A stretch of 64,000 nucleotides of DNA, taken from assembly GCA_044223005.1 (NCBI GenBank), contig JBGAML010000016.1, positions 1 to 64,000 on the forward strand. The letters run 5' to 3'. This stretch comes from Candidatus Eiseniibacteriota bacterium (lineage in GTDB: Bacteria > Eisenbacteria > RBG-16-71-46). The notes beneath the pieces were generated by a model. The model saw only the letters and a program-made list of their open reading frames with translations. It had not been told where the DNA came from and did no database searches. This document shows positions 9,988 through 21,813 of the stretch, in pieces. Within the stretch, counting starts at the first letter, position 1. The number at the start of each line of letters is the position of its first letter. Position numbers and translations under genes: made by a program.

Positions 9988-11024
9988 AGGGCGACCCAGT
10001 TCCGGCGGCTGTAGTGGAAGTGCACCGTGCGCACCGTGAGCAGCAGCGCGACGTCCACGCGCAGCCGGCGTTCGTTGCCGGTGGCGCGGAGGTCGAGCGC
10101 GACGCAGCGGGCCACGACGTCGTCGAGGACGCGCTCGAGCGCGTAGGCCGACTCGCCGGTGAAGCGCGAGACGAGGCGGCGGATCTCGCCGCGGTTGCGG
10201 CGCAGGAAGCTCGCGGCGGGTTCGGCGCGGCGGCCGGGTTCGGCCGCGAAGAGCCGCTGCAGGTCGCGGTCCTGCACGGTCGGGCGCCAGCGTGCGTAGG
10301 CGGCCTGCTTCTCCGCATAGTGCTCGCGCAGTGTGCGCCGGATCTCGGAGAGGGGTTCGACCTGGCGGCGCGAACGCACCGGCGCCACCTGCCCGCGCAG
10401 CGAGCGCATGAGCTCGTCCACGTACTCGAGCTTGCGGATCGCCGGCCAGTCGGCGTAACGGCGCCGCCACGCGGACCGGGGCGTCAGCCAGACGGCGAAC
10501 GTCTCCGCGAAGTCCTCGTCCGGGTGCGCCTGCGCGTAGTACTGGCGCAGGTGCTGGACGTACCGCTGGCTCGCCGGGTTCGGGCGGTAGATCTGCGGGT
10601 AGGGACGGTGCGTGTCGCCGAAGAGCCGGCGCCACGCTTCGCGGCGGTGGAGCCGCCACGCGTGCTGCACGCAGTGGCCGAACTCGTGGCGCAGGATCAT
10701 CAGGCACTCGTCGCGTCCGCCGCCCTCGACCTCGAGCATCATGCGCCGTTCGAGCCGCTCGAGCCGCGGGTGCGCGAGGTAGAAGGGGAGCGCGACGCCC
10801 GGCACGCCGTCGGGCGAGAACCACTCGGTCGAGAGCCAGACGTGCGGCTTGAGCCGCAGCCCCATGACCCCGAGCTCGGCCCATACGTCGTGAACGCGCT
10901 CGAGCAGCGGCGAGCCCTCGAGCCGCAGCCCGAGATCGCAGAAGCGGAGGTCGAGCAATCGCTCGTCGTCGAGCCGGGTCCAGCGCGTGCCGGCTCCGCG
11001 GCTGCCTCGCGTCCCTGCGGCCAT
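9984..11024 (-). CDS. Putative zinc-binding metallopeptidase (Peptidase_Mx-like zincin)
   Basis: LRHEFGH and YAQAHPDEDFAETFAVWL. Confidence 0.85.
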   Translation of the reverse strand: MAAGTRGSRGAGTRWTRLDDERLLDLRFCDLGLRLEGSPLLERVHDVWAELGVMGLRLKPHVWLSTEWFSPDGVPGVALPFYLAHPRLERLERRMMLEVEGGGRDECLMILRHEFGHCVQHAWRLHRREAWRRLFGDTHRPYPQIYRPNPASQRYVQHLRQYYAQAHPDEDFAETFAVWLTPRSAWRRRYADWPAIRKLEYVDELMRSLRGQVAPVRSRRQVEPLSEIRRTLREHYAEKQAAYARWRPTVQDRDLQRLFAAEPGRRAEPAASFLRRNRGEIRRLVSRFTGESAYALERVLDDVVARCVALDLRATGNERRLRVDVALLLTVRTVHFHYSRRNWVAL

Positions 11025-11147
11025 GACCCTCCCGGACGACCTTGCGATCGGTTGACGCTCCCGGCGCGTTTCGCCACCCTGCGTTGCTGGCGATCCACGA
11101 CACCCACGACGCGCGGAGTCGCGCGCATCTTACCCGAGGAACGGGCG

Positions 11148-11975
11148 ATGAGAAGCCCCGAGCGCCGGCGCGACCGGCACGCGTACTACGAAGTGGCCGT
11201 GCAGGGCCCGGACTGGGACCTGGATTTCCTCGCGCGTGCCTTCCGGCGCCGGAACGGCCGAGAGGCCGTGACGTTCCGCGAAGACTTCTGCAGCACGGCG
11301 GCGCTGGCGACCGCGTGGGCGCAGCGCGGGCCGGAGCACCGCGCCTGGGCCGTGGACCTCGATCCCGAGCCGCTCGCGTGGGCGCGCCGGCACCGGCTGC
11401 CGTGGGTGCGCGAGGTGGCGAAGCGCGTGACGCTGGTTCGCGCCGACGTGCGCAAGCCGCAGAAGCCGCGCGTGGACGTGGCCTGCGCGCTCAACTTCTC
11501 GTGGTGGGTGTTCCACGCGCGCCCCGACCTGGTCGCGTACCTGAAGGCCGCACGCGCCGGGCTGAAGGACGGCGGCGTGCTGGTGCTGAACGCGTTCGGC
11601 GGCGTGCGGGCCGAGCGCCCGCTCGTCGAGCGCACGCGCAAGCGCGGCTCGAGCGCGCCCGACGGCTCGTGGGTGCCGCCGTTCACCTACGTGTGGGAGC
11701 AGGCGCGATTCAACGCCGTCGACCGCCGGCTGCTGGCGTGGATCCACTTCGAGCCCCGTGACGGCACGCGCATGGCGCGCGCGTTCACGTACGACTGGCG
11801 CATGTGGACGCTCCCGGAGCTGCGCGAGGCCGTGTTCGAGGCGGGCTTCCGCGACTTCGAGGTCTGGAGCGAGGGCTGGGACGCCGAGCGCCGGACGCAC
11901 ACCGGCGTGCTGCACGCGCGCAAGCAGCTCGACAACGACGACTGCTGGATCGCGTACTGCGCCGCGTACCGGTGA
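11148..11975 (+). CDS. Class I SAM-dependent methyltransferase
   Basis: REDFCSTA motif-I variant, AVDLD, ADV, ALNFS, GGVLVL; GAGGA RBS. Confidence 0.8.
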   Translation: MRSPERRRDRHAYYEVAVQGPDWDLDFLARAFRRRNGREAVTFREDFCSTAALATAWAQRGPEHRAWAVDLDPEPLAWARRHRLPWVREVAKRVTLVRADVRKPQKPRVDVACALNFSWWVFHARPDLVAYLKAARAGLKDGGVLVLNAFGGVRAERPLVERTRKRGSSAPDGSWVPPFTYVWEQARFNAVDRRLLAWIHFEPRDGTRMARAFTYDWRMWTLPELREAVFEAGFRDFEVWSEGWDAERRTHTGVLHARKQLDNDDCWIAYCAAYR

Positions 11976-12019
11976 GCGCGGGGCGTGCGCCCGCCGCGAG
12001 GAATCGCTAACCTCCCGGC

Positions 12020-12799
12020 ATGAGGACTCTCGCCGCCACCCGCTACGTCACCCCGCTGCGCGAGGGCGGTTCGCTGCCCGCGGTTGTCGAGGCCGCCGAC
12101 GGGCGGCTCTACGTGGCCAAGTTTCGCGGCGCCGGCATGGGTGCACGGGCACTCGTCGCCGACTGGATCGCCGGCGAGCTCGCCCGCGCGGCCGGCTTCG
12201 ACGTGCCGGAGCAGGTGTGCCTGGAGTTGGACGCCGCGCTCGGCCGCAACGAGCCCGATCCCGAGATCCGCGAACTGCTGCGCGCGAGCGTGGGCACGAA
12301 CCTCGGGCTCGCGTTCCTCGCCCGCGCGATCGCGTTCGACCCGATCGCGCCGCCGGACGTGAATGCCGACACCGCGAGCCGGCTGGTGTGGTTCGACGCG
12401 TTCGTGATGAACGTGGACCGTACGCCGCGGAACCCGAACCTCCTGCTCGCCGACGACCGGCTCTGGCTGATCGACCACGGTGCGGCGCTCTACTTCCATC
12501 ACGCGTGGGCCAACGCCGACGCGAGCCGCACGAGCCCGTTCGCGGCGATCCGCGACCACGTGCTGCTGCCGCGTGCGACGCGCCTCGCCGAAGCCGCCGT
12601 GGCGATGCGCGCCACCCTCGCCGCCGCGCCACTGCCGGCGCTGCTCGCGGCGGTTCCGGACGAGTGGCTGCGCGGCGACGGTGCGCCGGGCGACCCGGAC
12701 GCGGTGCGGGCCGCGTACGCCGCGTGGTTCGCGGCGCGGCTCGAAGCGTCCCCGATCTTCACCGCGGAGGCGGAACGTGCCCGAACCGCGCTCGTTTGA
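12020..12799 (+). CDS. HipA-like (HipA_2) Ser/Thr kinase
   Basis: LREGGSLP, YVAKFRG, NVDRT.RNPN, WLIDHG. Confidence 0.88.
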   Translation: MRTLAATRYVTPLREGGSLPAVVEAADGRLYVAKFRGAGMGARALVADWIAGELARAAGFDVPEQVCLELDAALGRNEPDPEIRELLRASVGTNLGLAFLARAIAFDPIAPPDVNADTASRLVWFDAFVMNVDRTPRNPNLLLADDRLWLIDHGAALYFHHAWANADASRTSPFAAIRDHVLLPRATRLAEAAVAMRATLAAAPLPALLAAVPDEWLRGDGAPGDPDAVRAAYAAWFAARLEASPIFTAEAERARTALV

Positions 12800-13178
12800 G
12801 TACGCGATCGTCCGCGTCGTTCCGCGCGTCGAGCGGGGCGAGTGCCTCAACGCGGGCGTGATCGTGTGGTGCCGCTCGCTCGACTGGCTGCGCGCCGCCG
12901 TGGAGCTGGATCGCGCCCGGCTCGCGGCGCTCGAGCCCGACGCCGACCCGGTGCTGATCGAGTCGCACCTCGCGAGCGTCGTGCGCGTGGCCGAAGGCGG
13001 TGCGGACTCTGGTCCGATCGGCCGGCTGTCGGCAGCCGAGCGCTTCCGCTGGCTCGTCGCACCGCGCAGCACGGTGATCCAGGTCTCCGAGGTGCACGAG
13101 GGTCTCTGCGAGGATCCCGGCGCCGCGCTCGCGCGGCTGCTCGACACGCTGGTGCGGCGCCCCGACGCCCACGCGTGA
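12777..13178 (+). CDS. DUF3037 domain protein
   Basis: YAIVRVVPRVERGECLNAGV..ERFRWLVAPRSTVIQ; overlaps the kinase 3' end. Confidence 0.85.
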   Translation: MPEPRSFEYAIVRVVPRVERGECLNAGVIVWCRSLDWLRAAVELDRARLAALEPDADPVLIESHLASVVRVAEGGADSGPIGRLSAAERFRWLVAPRSTVIQVSEVHEGLCEDPGAALARLLDTLVRRPDAHA

Positions 13179-13232
13179 CGCCGCGGGCCGCACCCGCGTA
13201 GACTGTCCGCTCCGCGCCGCGCCGGAGAGCCC

Positions 13233-13562
13233 ATGACCGAAGCCCTGATCGCCTTCACCACGTTCGCCACCGAGGCCGACGCCGAGCGTGTCGCCCGCGT
13301 CCTGCTCGAGGAGCGGCTCGTCGCCTGCGCGAACGTGCTGCCCGGTGTGCGCTCGCTCTATCGCTGGCAGGGCGGGATCGCCGACGAGCGCGAAGTGCTG
13401 GTGCTGCTCAAGACACGCAAGCAGGACTGGACCGTGCTGCTGTCGCGCCTGCACGAGCTGCATCCCTACGAGACGCCCGAGCTCGTCGCGGTGCGCGTGG
13501 CGGCGGGCGCACCGAAGTACATGGCGTGGCTCGAGGCCGCGCTCGAACCGGAGGGCGCGTGA
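13233..13562 (+). CDS. cutA: Divalent-cation tolerance protein CutA
   Basis: LVACAN, SLYRWQG, LLKT, HPYETPE. Confidence 0.93.
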   Translation: MTEALIAFTTFATEADAERVARVLLEERLVACANVLPGVRSLYRWQGGIADEREVLVLLKTRKQDWTVLLSRLHELHPYETPELVAVRVAAGAPKYMAWLEAALEPEGA

Positions 13563-14602
13563 GCACGCCGCGAGATCCGGCCGCGCTCGTGCTCGGGATC
13601 GAGACGAGCTGCGACGACACGTCGGTCGCCGTACTGGCGGACGCGCGCGAGCTGCGCGCGCACCTGATCGCCGCGCAGGACGTGCACCGGCTCTATGGCG
13701 GCATCGTGCCCGAGCTCGCCTCGCGCGCGCACCTCGAGCTGCTGCCGGCGCTGGTCGAGAAGGCGCTCGCCGAGGCGCAGGTCGCGCCCGAGGACCTGAC
13801 GGCGATCGCCGTCACGCACGCGCCGGGGCTCGTGGGCTCGCTCGTCGTGGGGCTCGCGTTCGCGAAGGCCTACGGCGAGGCCCTGGGCATCCCCGTGATC
13901 GGCGTCAACCACATCGAGGCGCACCTGCACTCGGCCGCGCTCGAGCACGGCGAGTGCCCGCTGCCCGCGGTCGCGCTGATCGTCTCGGGCGGGCACACCG
14001 AGCTCGTGGAGGTGCGCGGCCTCGGCGAGTACCGCTGGCTCGGCGCCACGCTCGACGACGCGGCGGGCGAGGCGTACGACAAGGTGGCGAAACGTCTCGG
14101 CCTCGGCTTTCCGGGCGGCCCGATCATCGACCGCCTTGCGGCGACCGGGCGCGCGGACGCGTTCGCGTTCCCGCGCCCGATGCTCGACCGGCCCGGCTGC
14201 GACTTCTCGTTCTCGGGGCTCAAGACCGCGGTGCACGTCGCGCTGAAATCCCACGGCGAGCCGCCGTACCCCGACGCGCTCGTGGCCGACCTCGCGGCGT
14301 CGTTCCAGGCCGCGGTCGTCGAGACGCTGGTCACCAAGTCGCTGCGCGCGATCACCGCCGTCGGCGCGAAGGCGCTCACGCTCGGTGGCGGCGTCGCCTG
14401 CAACCGCGCCCTGCGCGCGAAGCTTGCCGAAGCGTGCGAGCGCCGCGGCGTGGCGCTGCGCATCCCGTCGCCGCGGCTGTGCGCCGACAACGCGGGCATG
14501 ATCGCGCTCGTGGGCGCCTGGCGGCTCCGCCGCGGCGAGGTCTCACCACCCGAACTGGACGCCGCCGCCTCGCTCGAGGCCTCCGGGCTGCCCCTGGCCT
14601 GA
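13559..14602 (+). CDS. tsaD: tRNA t6A biosynthesis protein TsaD
   Basis: GIETSCDDT, GGIVPELASRAH, HIEAH, VSGGHT, DDAAGEAYDK, FSFSGLKT, DNAGMI. Confidence 0.96.
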   Translation: MSTPRDPAALVLGIETSCDDTSVAVLADARELRAHLIAAQDVHRLYGGIVPELASRAHLELLPALVEKALAEAQVAPEDLTAIAVTHAPGLVGSLVVGLAFAKAYGEALGIPVIGVNHIEAHLHSAALEHGECPLPAVALIVSGGHTELVEVRGLGEYRWLGATLDDAAGEAYDKVAKRLGLGFPGGPIIDRLAATGRADAFAFPRPMLDRPGCDFSFSGLKTAVHVALKSHGEPPYPDALVADLAASFQAAVVETLVTKSLRAITAVGAKALTLGGGVACNRALRAKLAEACERRGVALRIPSPRLCADNAGMIALVGAWRLRRGEVSPPELDAAASLEASGLPLA

Positions 14603-14703
14603 TCGCGCGCTCGCGTTCGCGGCGGCGACAGTACCGCCCGCGGCACCCCGGAAGGGGCCGGAAGGCCCCTGAAACGCCGCGGGGACACGTGTCGGGAAAG
14701 GCC

Positions 14704-14731
14704 GCAAGTCCCTGACGGACCGGGCCGATAA
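14704..14731 (+). promoter_or_regulatory. sigma28-like promoter
   Basis: GCAAG-N15-GCCGATAA upstream of the REC-GGDEF gene. Confidence 0.65.
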
Positions 14732-14845
14732 CGCTCCCGAGGTGCCCGGGTCCGTCGACCGGGCGCGAGCGGTCGTTCGATCCCCCGAATCGACCCTGGA
14801 CCTCCGGGTCCGGGCCGCGTCGTTCATCGTCGTCTGGGAGTCTTC

Positions 14846-15817
<972 letters not shown>

Positions 15818-15825
15818 GGCCCCTC

Positions 15826-18150
15826 ATGGCCCGAGACGTCAGCCCCGGACTCCTCGACCTTCCCGGCGAAGCCCTCGCGTTGCTCGCGGAGGCCGTTCTG
15901 GCCATGCGCACGACGGCCGACCTCGGCGTGTCGTGGGGCATCGCGAGCGCGAACGCGACGCGGGCGCTGGGTGCGAGCGACGTGCGGCTGCTGCGCGTCG
16001 AGCGCCGCAGCGGGGCGCTGTTCCGCGTCGAGGAATCGGGCGTCGAGACGCCGTACGTCGCCGAGCACGGCGGCCCGGTCGAATGGGTCGCGCGCCACGA
16101 TCGCGCGCTGTTCGACGAGGGCACCGCGGGCCCGAACGCGCCGCGCGAGACGCTGCTCTGGCTGCAGCCGCCGGGCGCGCTCGCGACCGTGCCGCTCGAG
16201 GCGAGCAACACGCACTATGGCTTCCTGCTGCTGGCGTTCGGCGCCCCGCGGCCGTTCACGAACCACGAGCGCGTGTTCGCGCAGGCGCTCGCCGACGCGC
16301 TGGCGCTCGCGCTCGAACGCGCGGCGCTGCACCAGGACCTCGAGGACGAGCGCCGCCGCACCGCGGCCGCGGATCGCCGGCGCTTCCACGCGCACGAAGC
16401 GACCTCGCAGCTCATGTCGATCGTCGCGCACGAGCTCCGCAGCCCGCTGTCGTCGATCAAGGCCTACGCCGAGACGCTCGCGGACAACCTCGACAATCCC
16501 GGCGCACCGCGCGAGCGGTTCCTGTCCGTGATCGACGAGGAGTGCGACCGCCTCGCGGAACTCGTCACCGACGTTCACGACCTGTCGCGCATCGAGAGCG
16601 GCGAGTGCACGCTGCGGCTCTCGAGCCTGTCGTTCGCCGACCTCGGCCGCGAGATGTGCGTGCGGCTGTCGGACCACGCCGCCCGTCGCGGCGTGCACCT
16701 CCAGCTCGAGACCGAGGGCGACGCGCGCGTCGATCTCGACGGCGAGCTGGTGCGGCGCGTGATCGCGAACCTGGTCGAGAACGCGGTGCAGTTCTCGCCC
16801 GAGGGCGGCTCGGTCACCGTGCGCGTCGCGACGCGCGGCGACGAGTGGACCTGCAGCGTCACCGACGCGGGCCCGACGCTTCCGGTCGAGGACCTCGCGA
16901 TCGTCTTCGAAGGCTTCTATCGCGGCCGGCGCCGCACGCCGGGCGGCCAGGTGGGCGCCGAGGGCTCGCGCGTCGGGCTCGCGATCGCGCGCAGCATCGT
17001 GCACCTGCACGGCGGCCGCATGTGGGCCGAGCAGCCCGAGGGCGGCGGTGCGCGCTTCGCGTTCGCGCTGCCGATCCGCCAGGTCGCGCCCGCGCGCGCG
17101 CGCCGCATCGCGCGCCAGACGGTGGGGCGCGAGGACCTGCGCCAGCTCTACGAGGCCATCGTCGAGATGGTGGCGGCCTCGCTCGAAGCGGCGATCGTCT
17201 CGCTCGTTCTCGTCGACCCCGACCGTGGCGACCTCTACGTGGCCGCGTCGATCGGGCTCGCGTCGTCGGCCGCCTCCGGGCGTCGCACCACGATGCGCGC
17301 GGGCATCGCGGGCGCGGTGGCCGCGTGGGGACGACCCGTGCTGGTGGACAACATCGAGACCGACCGGCGCTTCCGGCGGCTCAACCACCCGCAGTACCAG
17401 ACCAAGTCGCTCCTCTGCGTGCCGCTGCGCGTCGAGGGCGAGGTGGTCGGTGTGATCAACGTGAACAACAAGACGAGTGGCGAGTCGTTCGACGAGGACG
17501 ACCTCGCGCTGCTCGTCATGCTGACCGAACGCGTCGCGAGCGCGATCGAGCGTGCGTGCGCGTATCCGGACAGCCAGCGCATGGTCGAGGACGCGCTCGA
17601 GGCGATCCGCTGCATGACGCGGCTCAAGCGCGACCTCGCGCTCGGTGGCCGCTCGCTCGTGAAGCGGGCGCGCTGCCTCGCGCGCGCGCTGGGCATGTCG
17701 CCGTCGGACGTGGACCTGATCGGCTACGTCGCGAGCATCCACGACCTGGGCATGGTGCGGCTCGAGGCCGAGACCGGGCATTCCGGCCGGCTCGACGAGG
17801 CGCAGCGCAGCGCGCTCGCCGCGCACCCCGAGGTCAGCGTCGAGATCCTGCGCCCGATCGAGTACCTGGGCGTCGTGCGCGAATACATCCTCGGGCACCA
17901 CGAGCGCTGGGACGGCACCGGGTACCCGCGCGGCCTGGCGGGCGAGGCGATCCCGCTCGGCAGCCGCATCCTGGCGGTCGTCGACGCGTGGGAGAGCATG
18001 ACGCACCCGCGTCCCTTCCGGTCGCCCCGCACGCCCGAGGAGGCCATGGCCGAGCTGCGCCGGGAGGCCGGCCGGCAGTTCGACACCGAGGTCGTCGAGG
18101 CCTTCGCCGGGCTCCTGGAGCGCGAAGGCGAGCTGCGCCAGGCCGCCTGA
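15826..18150 (+). CDS. GAF-HisKA-HATPase-GAF-HD-GYP hybrid protein
   Basis: AHELRSPL, NLVENAVQF, GAF SLLCVPL..GVINVNNK, HDLG, HHERWDGTGYPRGL, GRQFD. Confidence 0.88.
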   Translation: MARDVSPGLLDLPGEALALLAEAVLAMRTTADLGVSWGIASANATRALGASDVRLLRVERRSGALFRVEESGVETPYVAEHGGPVEWVARHDRALFDEGTAGPNAPRETLLWLQPPGALATVPLEASNTHYGFLLLAFGAPRPFTNHERVFAQALADALALALERAALHQDLEDERRRTAAADRRRFHAHEATSQLMSIVAHELRSPLSSIKAYAETLADNLDNPGAPRERFLSVIDEECDRLAELVTDVHDLSRIESGECTLRLSSLSFADLGREMCVRLSDHAARRGVHLQLETEGDARVDLDGELVRRVIANLVENAVQFSPEGGSVTVRVATRGDEWTCSVTDAGPTLPVEDLAIVFEGFYRGRRRTPGGQVGAEGSRVGLAIARSIVHLHGGRMWAEQPEGGGARFAFALPIRQVAPARARRIARQTVGREDLRQLYEAIVEMVAASLEAAIVSLVLVDPDRGDLYVAASIGLASSAASGRRTTMRAGIAGAVAAWGRPVLVDNIETDRRFRRLNHPQYQTKSLLCVPLRVEGEVVGVINVNNKTSGESFDEDDLALLVMLTERVASAIERACAYPDSQRMVEDALEAIRCMTRLKRDLALGGRSLVKRARCLARALGMSPSDVDLIGYVASIHDLGMVRLEAETGHSGRLDEAQRSALAAHPEVSVEILRPIEYLGVVREYILGHHERWDGTGYPRGLAGEAIPLGSRILAVVDAWESMTHPRPFRSPRTPEEAMAELRREAGRQFDTEVVEAFAGLLEREGELRQAA

Positions 18151-18190
18151 GGCCCCGTTCCGCGCCCGCCGGGGGCCCGAAACACCGCAC

Positions 18191-18218
18191 TCAAGGGGGC
18201 CCCGGGGATGGCCGATAA
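18191..18218 (+). promoter_or_regulatory. sigma28-like promoter
   Basis: TCAAG-N15-GCCGATAA, near-consensus, upstream of the single-domain REC gene. Confidence 0.7.
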
Positions 18219-18331
18219 CCCCCAGCGGAACGGCATTCCACGTCCGCATGCTCCACGCCCGCCCGACGGTGGGCTCGGAGCGCACGCAGGCGCCGCACGG
18301 TCGCAGCCGCGGCCCTCAGGAGGTGAAGGGA

Positions 18332-18727
<396 letters not shown>

Positions 18728-18870
18728 CGGTTGCTGCGCAGCGGACGCGAGGCCCGGAGCCATGCTCCGGGCCTCGCTCGTTTCTCCGGGCGCGGCCCTC
18801 TCCGGGCGAACGCGCCACCGTCCGTCACGTCGCGGTTGACGCTGCGTGCGCCGATGCGCACCCTGCGGAC

Positions 18871-20868
18871 GTGTCCTTCGTCCTCGTCGCCCTGCCGCTG
18901 CCGGTCCGGCAGACCTTCACGTATCGCGTCCCCGAGGACGCGCGCGCCACGGCGGTTCCGGGCGCGCCGGTCGAGGTGCCGTTCCGCGGCCGCAAGCTGC
19001 GCGGCATCGTGGTCGACCGCCTGGCGAGCACCGAGCTCGCCCGCGTGCGCGAGCTCACGCGCGTCCTGGGCCCGCCGCTGCTCGATGCGCACCTGCTCGC
19101 GCTCGCGAAGTGGGTCGCCGAGTACTATCTCGCACCGCCGGGCGAGGTGATCGCGGCCGCGCTGCCCGGTGGGCACACGGGGCTCGCGGGCAGCCGCGCG
19201 CGCAAGGGCGCGGTCGAGGACCCGGTCGTGGACCTCGCGCTGCCCGAGCGCGTGACGCTGACCGCGGCGCAGAAGACGGCCACGCGCGCGATCGAGATCG
19301 CGATCGCCGCCGGAGCGTTCCGGCCGTTCCTGCTGCACGGCGTCACCGCGAGCGGCAAGACGGAGGTCTACCTGCGTGGCGCCCGCGCCGCGCGCGAGGC
19401 GGGCGGCCAGACGCTGGTGCTCGTGCCCGAGGTGGCGCTGGTTTCGCGCATCGCGGCGCAGTTCGAGAAGCGCTTTCGCGGCCGCGTCGCCGTGCTCCAC
19501 AGCTACCTGCCGGTGGGCGAGCGGCGCCGCAACTGGGAGCTCGCGCGCCGTGGCGCCGTCGACGTGGTGGTCGGCGCGCGTTCGGCCGTGTTCGCGCCGC
19601 TGCCGAAGCTGCGGCTGGTGGTGGTCGACGAGGAGCACGAGCCGGCCTACAAGCAGAGCGACCAGCTCCGCTACCACGGTCGCGACGTCGCGGTGCGCCG
19701 CGCGCAGATGCTCGGCATCCCGGTGGTGCTGGGCTCGGCGACGCCCGCGCTGGAGACGCTCGCCAACGCCGCGCGCGGCAAGTACACGCGCCTCGCGCTG
19801 CCCGAGCGCGTCGACCGGCGCGCGCTGCCCGCGGTGCGGATCGTGGACCTGCGCCGCGACGGAGAGGGCGGCGCGCTGCTCTCGCGGCCGCTGCGCGCGG
19901 CGCTCTCCGAGCGGCTCGCGCGCGGCGAGCAGTCGCTGCTCTGGCTCAACCGGCGCGGACACTCGCACCACGTCCAGTGCCGCGGCTGCGGCTGGACACC
20001 GCAGTGCACGCGCTGCGACATCTCGCTCACGCTGCACGTCTCGCCACCCGAGTTCCGCTGCCACTACTGCGACCACCGCGAGGCCGCGCCATCGCAGTGT
20101 CCCGAGTGCCGGCTGCCGCTGCTGCGCTTCGGCAGCGCCGGCACGCAGCGCGCCGAACGCGAGCTGGCGCAGGCGTTTCCCAACGCCCGCGTGCTGCGGC
20201 TCGACACCGACGTCGCGCGCGACCACGCCGCGCCCGCCGACGTGCTCGAGCGCTTCGCGCGCGGCGAGGCCGACGTGCTGCTCGGCACGCAGATGATCGC
20301 CAAGGGGCTCGACTTCCCGAACGTCACGCTGGTGGGCGTGCTCGACGCCGACGTGGCGCTGCACCTGCCCGACTTCCGCGCCGCCGAGCGCACGTGGCAG
20401 CTGCTCGTGCAGGTGGCCGGCCGCGCCGGCCGCGGCAAGGTGCCGGGCGAGGTGCTCGTGCAGACGTGCACGCCGGAGCACCCGGCGATCGCCGCGATCG
20501 CGACCGGCGACACGCCCGCGTTCGTGCGCCGCGAGCTGGGCGAGCGGCGCGACGTCGCGTACCCGCCCTACGCACGGCTCGTCTCGCTGCGCGTCTGGGG
20601 GCCCGACGAGGCCAAGGTCGAGGAAGCCGCCCGCGCCCTGGCCGCCCGCGCCGAGGAGGTGGCCGAGCCGCTGGGCGTCACCGTGCTCGGGCCGGCGCCG
20701 CAGGCGCTGGCGCGGCTGCGGAACCAGCACCGCTGGCACCTGCTGCTCAAGGGGGGCGACGCGGCCAAGGTCCGCGCCGCCGCGGCGGCCGCCCTCGCCT
20801 GGGCCGAGGAGCCCGGGCGCCGGGGCGCCTCGGTCGCCGCCGACGTGGATCCCGTCGAGACGTTGTGA
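18871..20868 (+). CDS. priA: Primosomal protein N' (PriA)
   Basis: FTYRVP, GVTASGKTEVY, DEEHE, SATP, NRRG, four CxxC, GTQMIAKGLDFP, QVAGRAGR; start uncertain. Confidence 0.93.
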   Translation: MSFVLVALPLPVRQTFTYRVPEDARATAVPGAPVEVPFRGRKLRGIVVDRLASTELARVRELTRVLGPPLLDAHLLALAKWVAEYYLAPPGEVIAAALPGGHTGLAGSRARKGAVEDPVVDLALPERVTLTAAQKTATRAIEIAIAAGAFRPFLLHGVTASGKTEVYLRGARAAREAGGQTLVLVPEVALVSRIAAQFEKRFRGRVAVLHSYLPVGERRRNWELARRGAVDVVVGARSAVFAPLPKLRLVVVDEEHEPAYKQSDQLRYHGRDVAVRRAQMLGIPVVLGSATPALETLANAARGKYTRLALPERVDRRALPAVRIVDLRRDGEGGALLSRPLRAALSERLARGEQSLLWLNRRGHSHHVQCRGCGWTPQCTRCDISLTLHVSPPEFRCHYCDHREAAPSQCPECRLPLLRFGSAGTQRAERELAQAFPNARVLRLDTDVARDHAAPADVLERFARGEADVLLGTQMIAKGLDFPNVTLVGVLDADVALHLPDFRAAERTWQLLVQVAGRAGRGKVPGEVLVQTCTPEHPAIAAIATGDTPAFVRRELGERRDVAYPPYARLVSLRVWGPDEAKVEEAARALAARAEEVAEPLGVTVLGPAPQALARLRNQHRWHLLLKGGDAAKVRAAAAAALAWAEEPGRRGASVAADVDPVETL

Positions 20869-21085
20869 ACTGCCGCCCGCCGCGCCGGCGGCGGTGTGGC
20901 AAGTCCGTCTCGCTTCGTGCGTTCGCGCGTCACCCGCACGATCGAACCCGGCCGGGGAACGTGGAGCGCCAAGTCCCGCATGCGCTTGACGCACTTCGAA
21001 ATCCGGACCTAGATTGCAGGACACTCGCTTGCGCGCGCGTGTGCCCCGGGTTCTGGCATCCTTCCCGCACTGGAAAGCCGCCGAC

Positions 21086-21799
21086 ATGACGACCCAGCCC
21101 ACCAAGAACGTCGGGGACGCCCCGAACCCCACCGGCCATGCGGTGACCGTGGAGATGGTCCGCGACCATCCCCGGGTCAAGGCCTACATCCGCATGGCGG
21201 ACGCCTCGCTCGAGCAGATCGGCTACACCGAGCACGGGGAGCGCCACGTCGGCCTGGTGAGCCGGATCGCCCACAACGTGCTCAAGCGCATGGGTTATCC
21301 CGACCGCACGTGCGAACTGGCGGCGATCGCCGGGCTGCTGCACGACATCGGCAATGCGGTGAACCGCGATCACCACGCCCAGTCGGGCGGCGTGATGGCG
21401 ATGCAGATCCTGAACGACATGGGCATGGAGGACCACGAGGTCCTCACCGTGATCGCTGCCATCGGCAACCATCACGAGAACGACGGCGACCCCGTGAACC
21501 CGGTGGCCGCGGCGCTCATCCTCGCGGACAAGAGCGACGTCCACCGCACCCGCGTCCGCAACCCGGACATGATCCGGTTCGACATCCACGATCGCGTGAA
21601 CTACGCGGTGGAGAAGAGCTTCCTCAACGTGGACGAGGACCGGAAGCACATCACGCTCGAACTGACCATCGACCCCAAGATCTCGCACGTGATGGAGTAC
21701 TTCGAGATCTTCATGACGCGCATGCTCGCGTCGCGCAAGGCGGCCAAGTTCCTCGGGGCCACGTTCGGCCTCGCGGTGAACGGCAACCGTCTCGTCTAG
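21086..21799 (+). CDS. HD-domain phosphohydrolase
   Basis: TEHGERH, LLHDIG, HH, LADKSD. Confidence 0.87.
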   Translation: MTTQPTKNVGDAPNPTGHAVTVEMVRDHPRVKAYIRMADASLEQIGYTEHGERHVGLVSRIAHNVLKRMGYPDRTCELAAIAGLLHDIGNAVNRDHHAQSGGVMAMQILNDMGMEDHEVLTVIAAIGNHHENDGDPVNPVAAALILADKSDVHRTRVRNPDMIRFDIHDRVNYAVEKSFLNVDEDRKHITLELTIDPKISHVMEYFEIFMTRMLASRKAAKFLGATFGLAVNGNRLV

Positions 21800-21813
21800 T
21801 GAAGGAGGACGCC

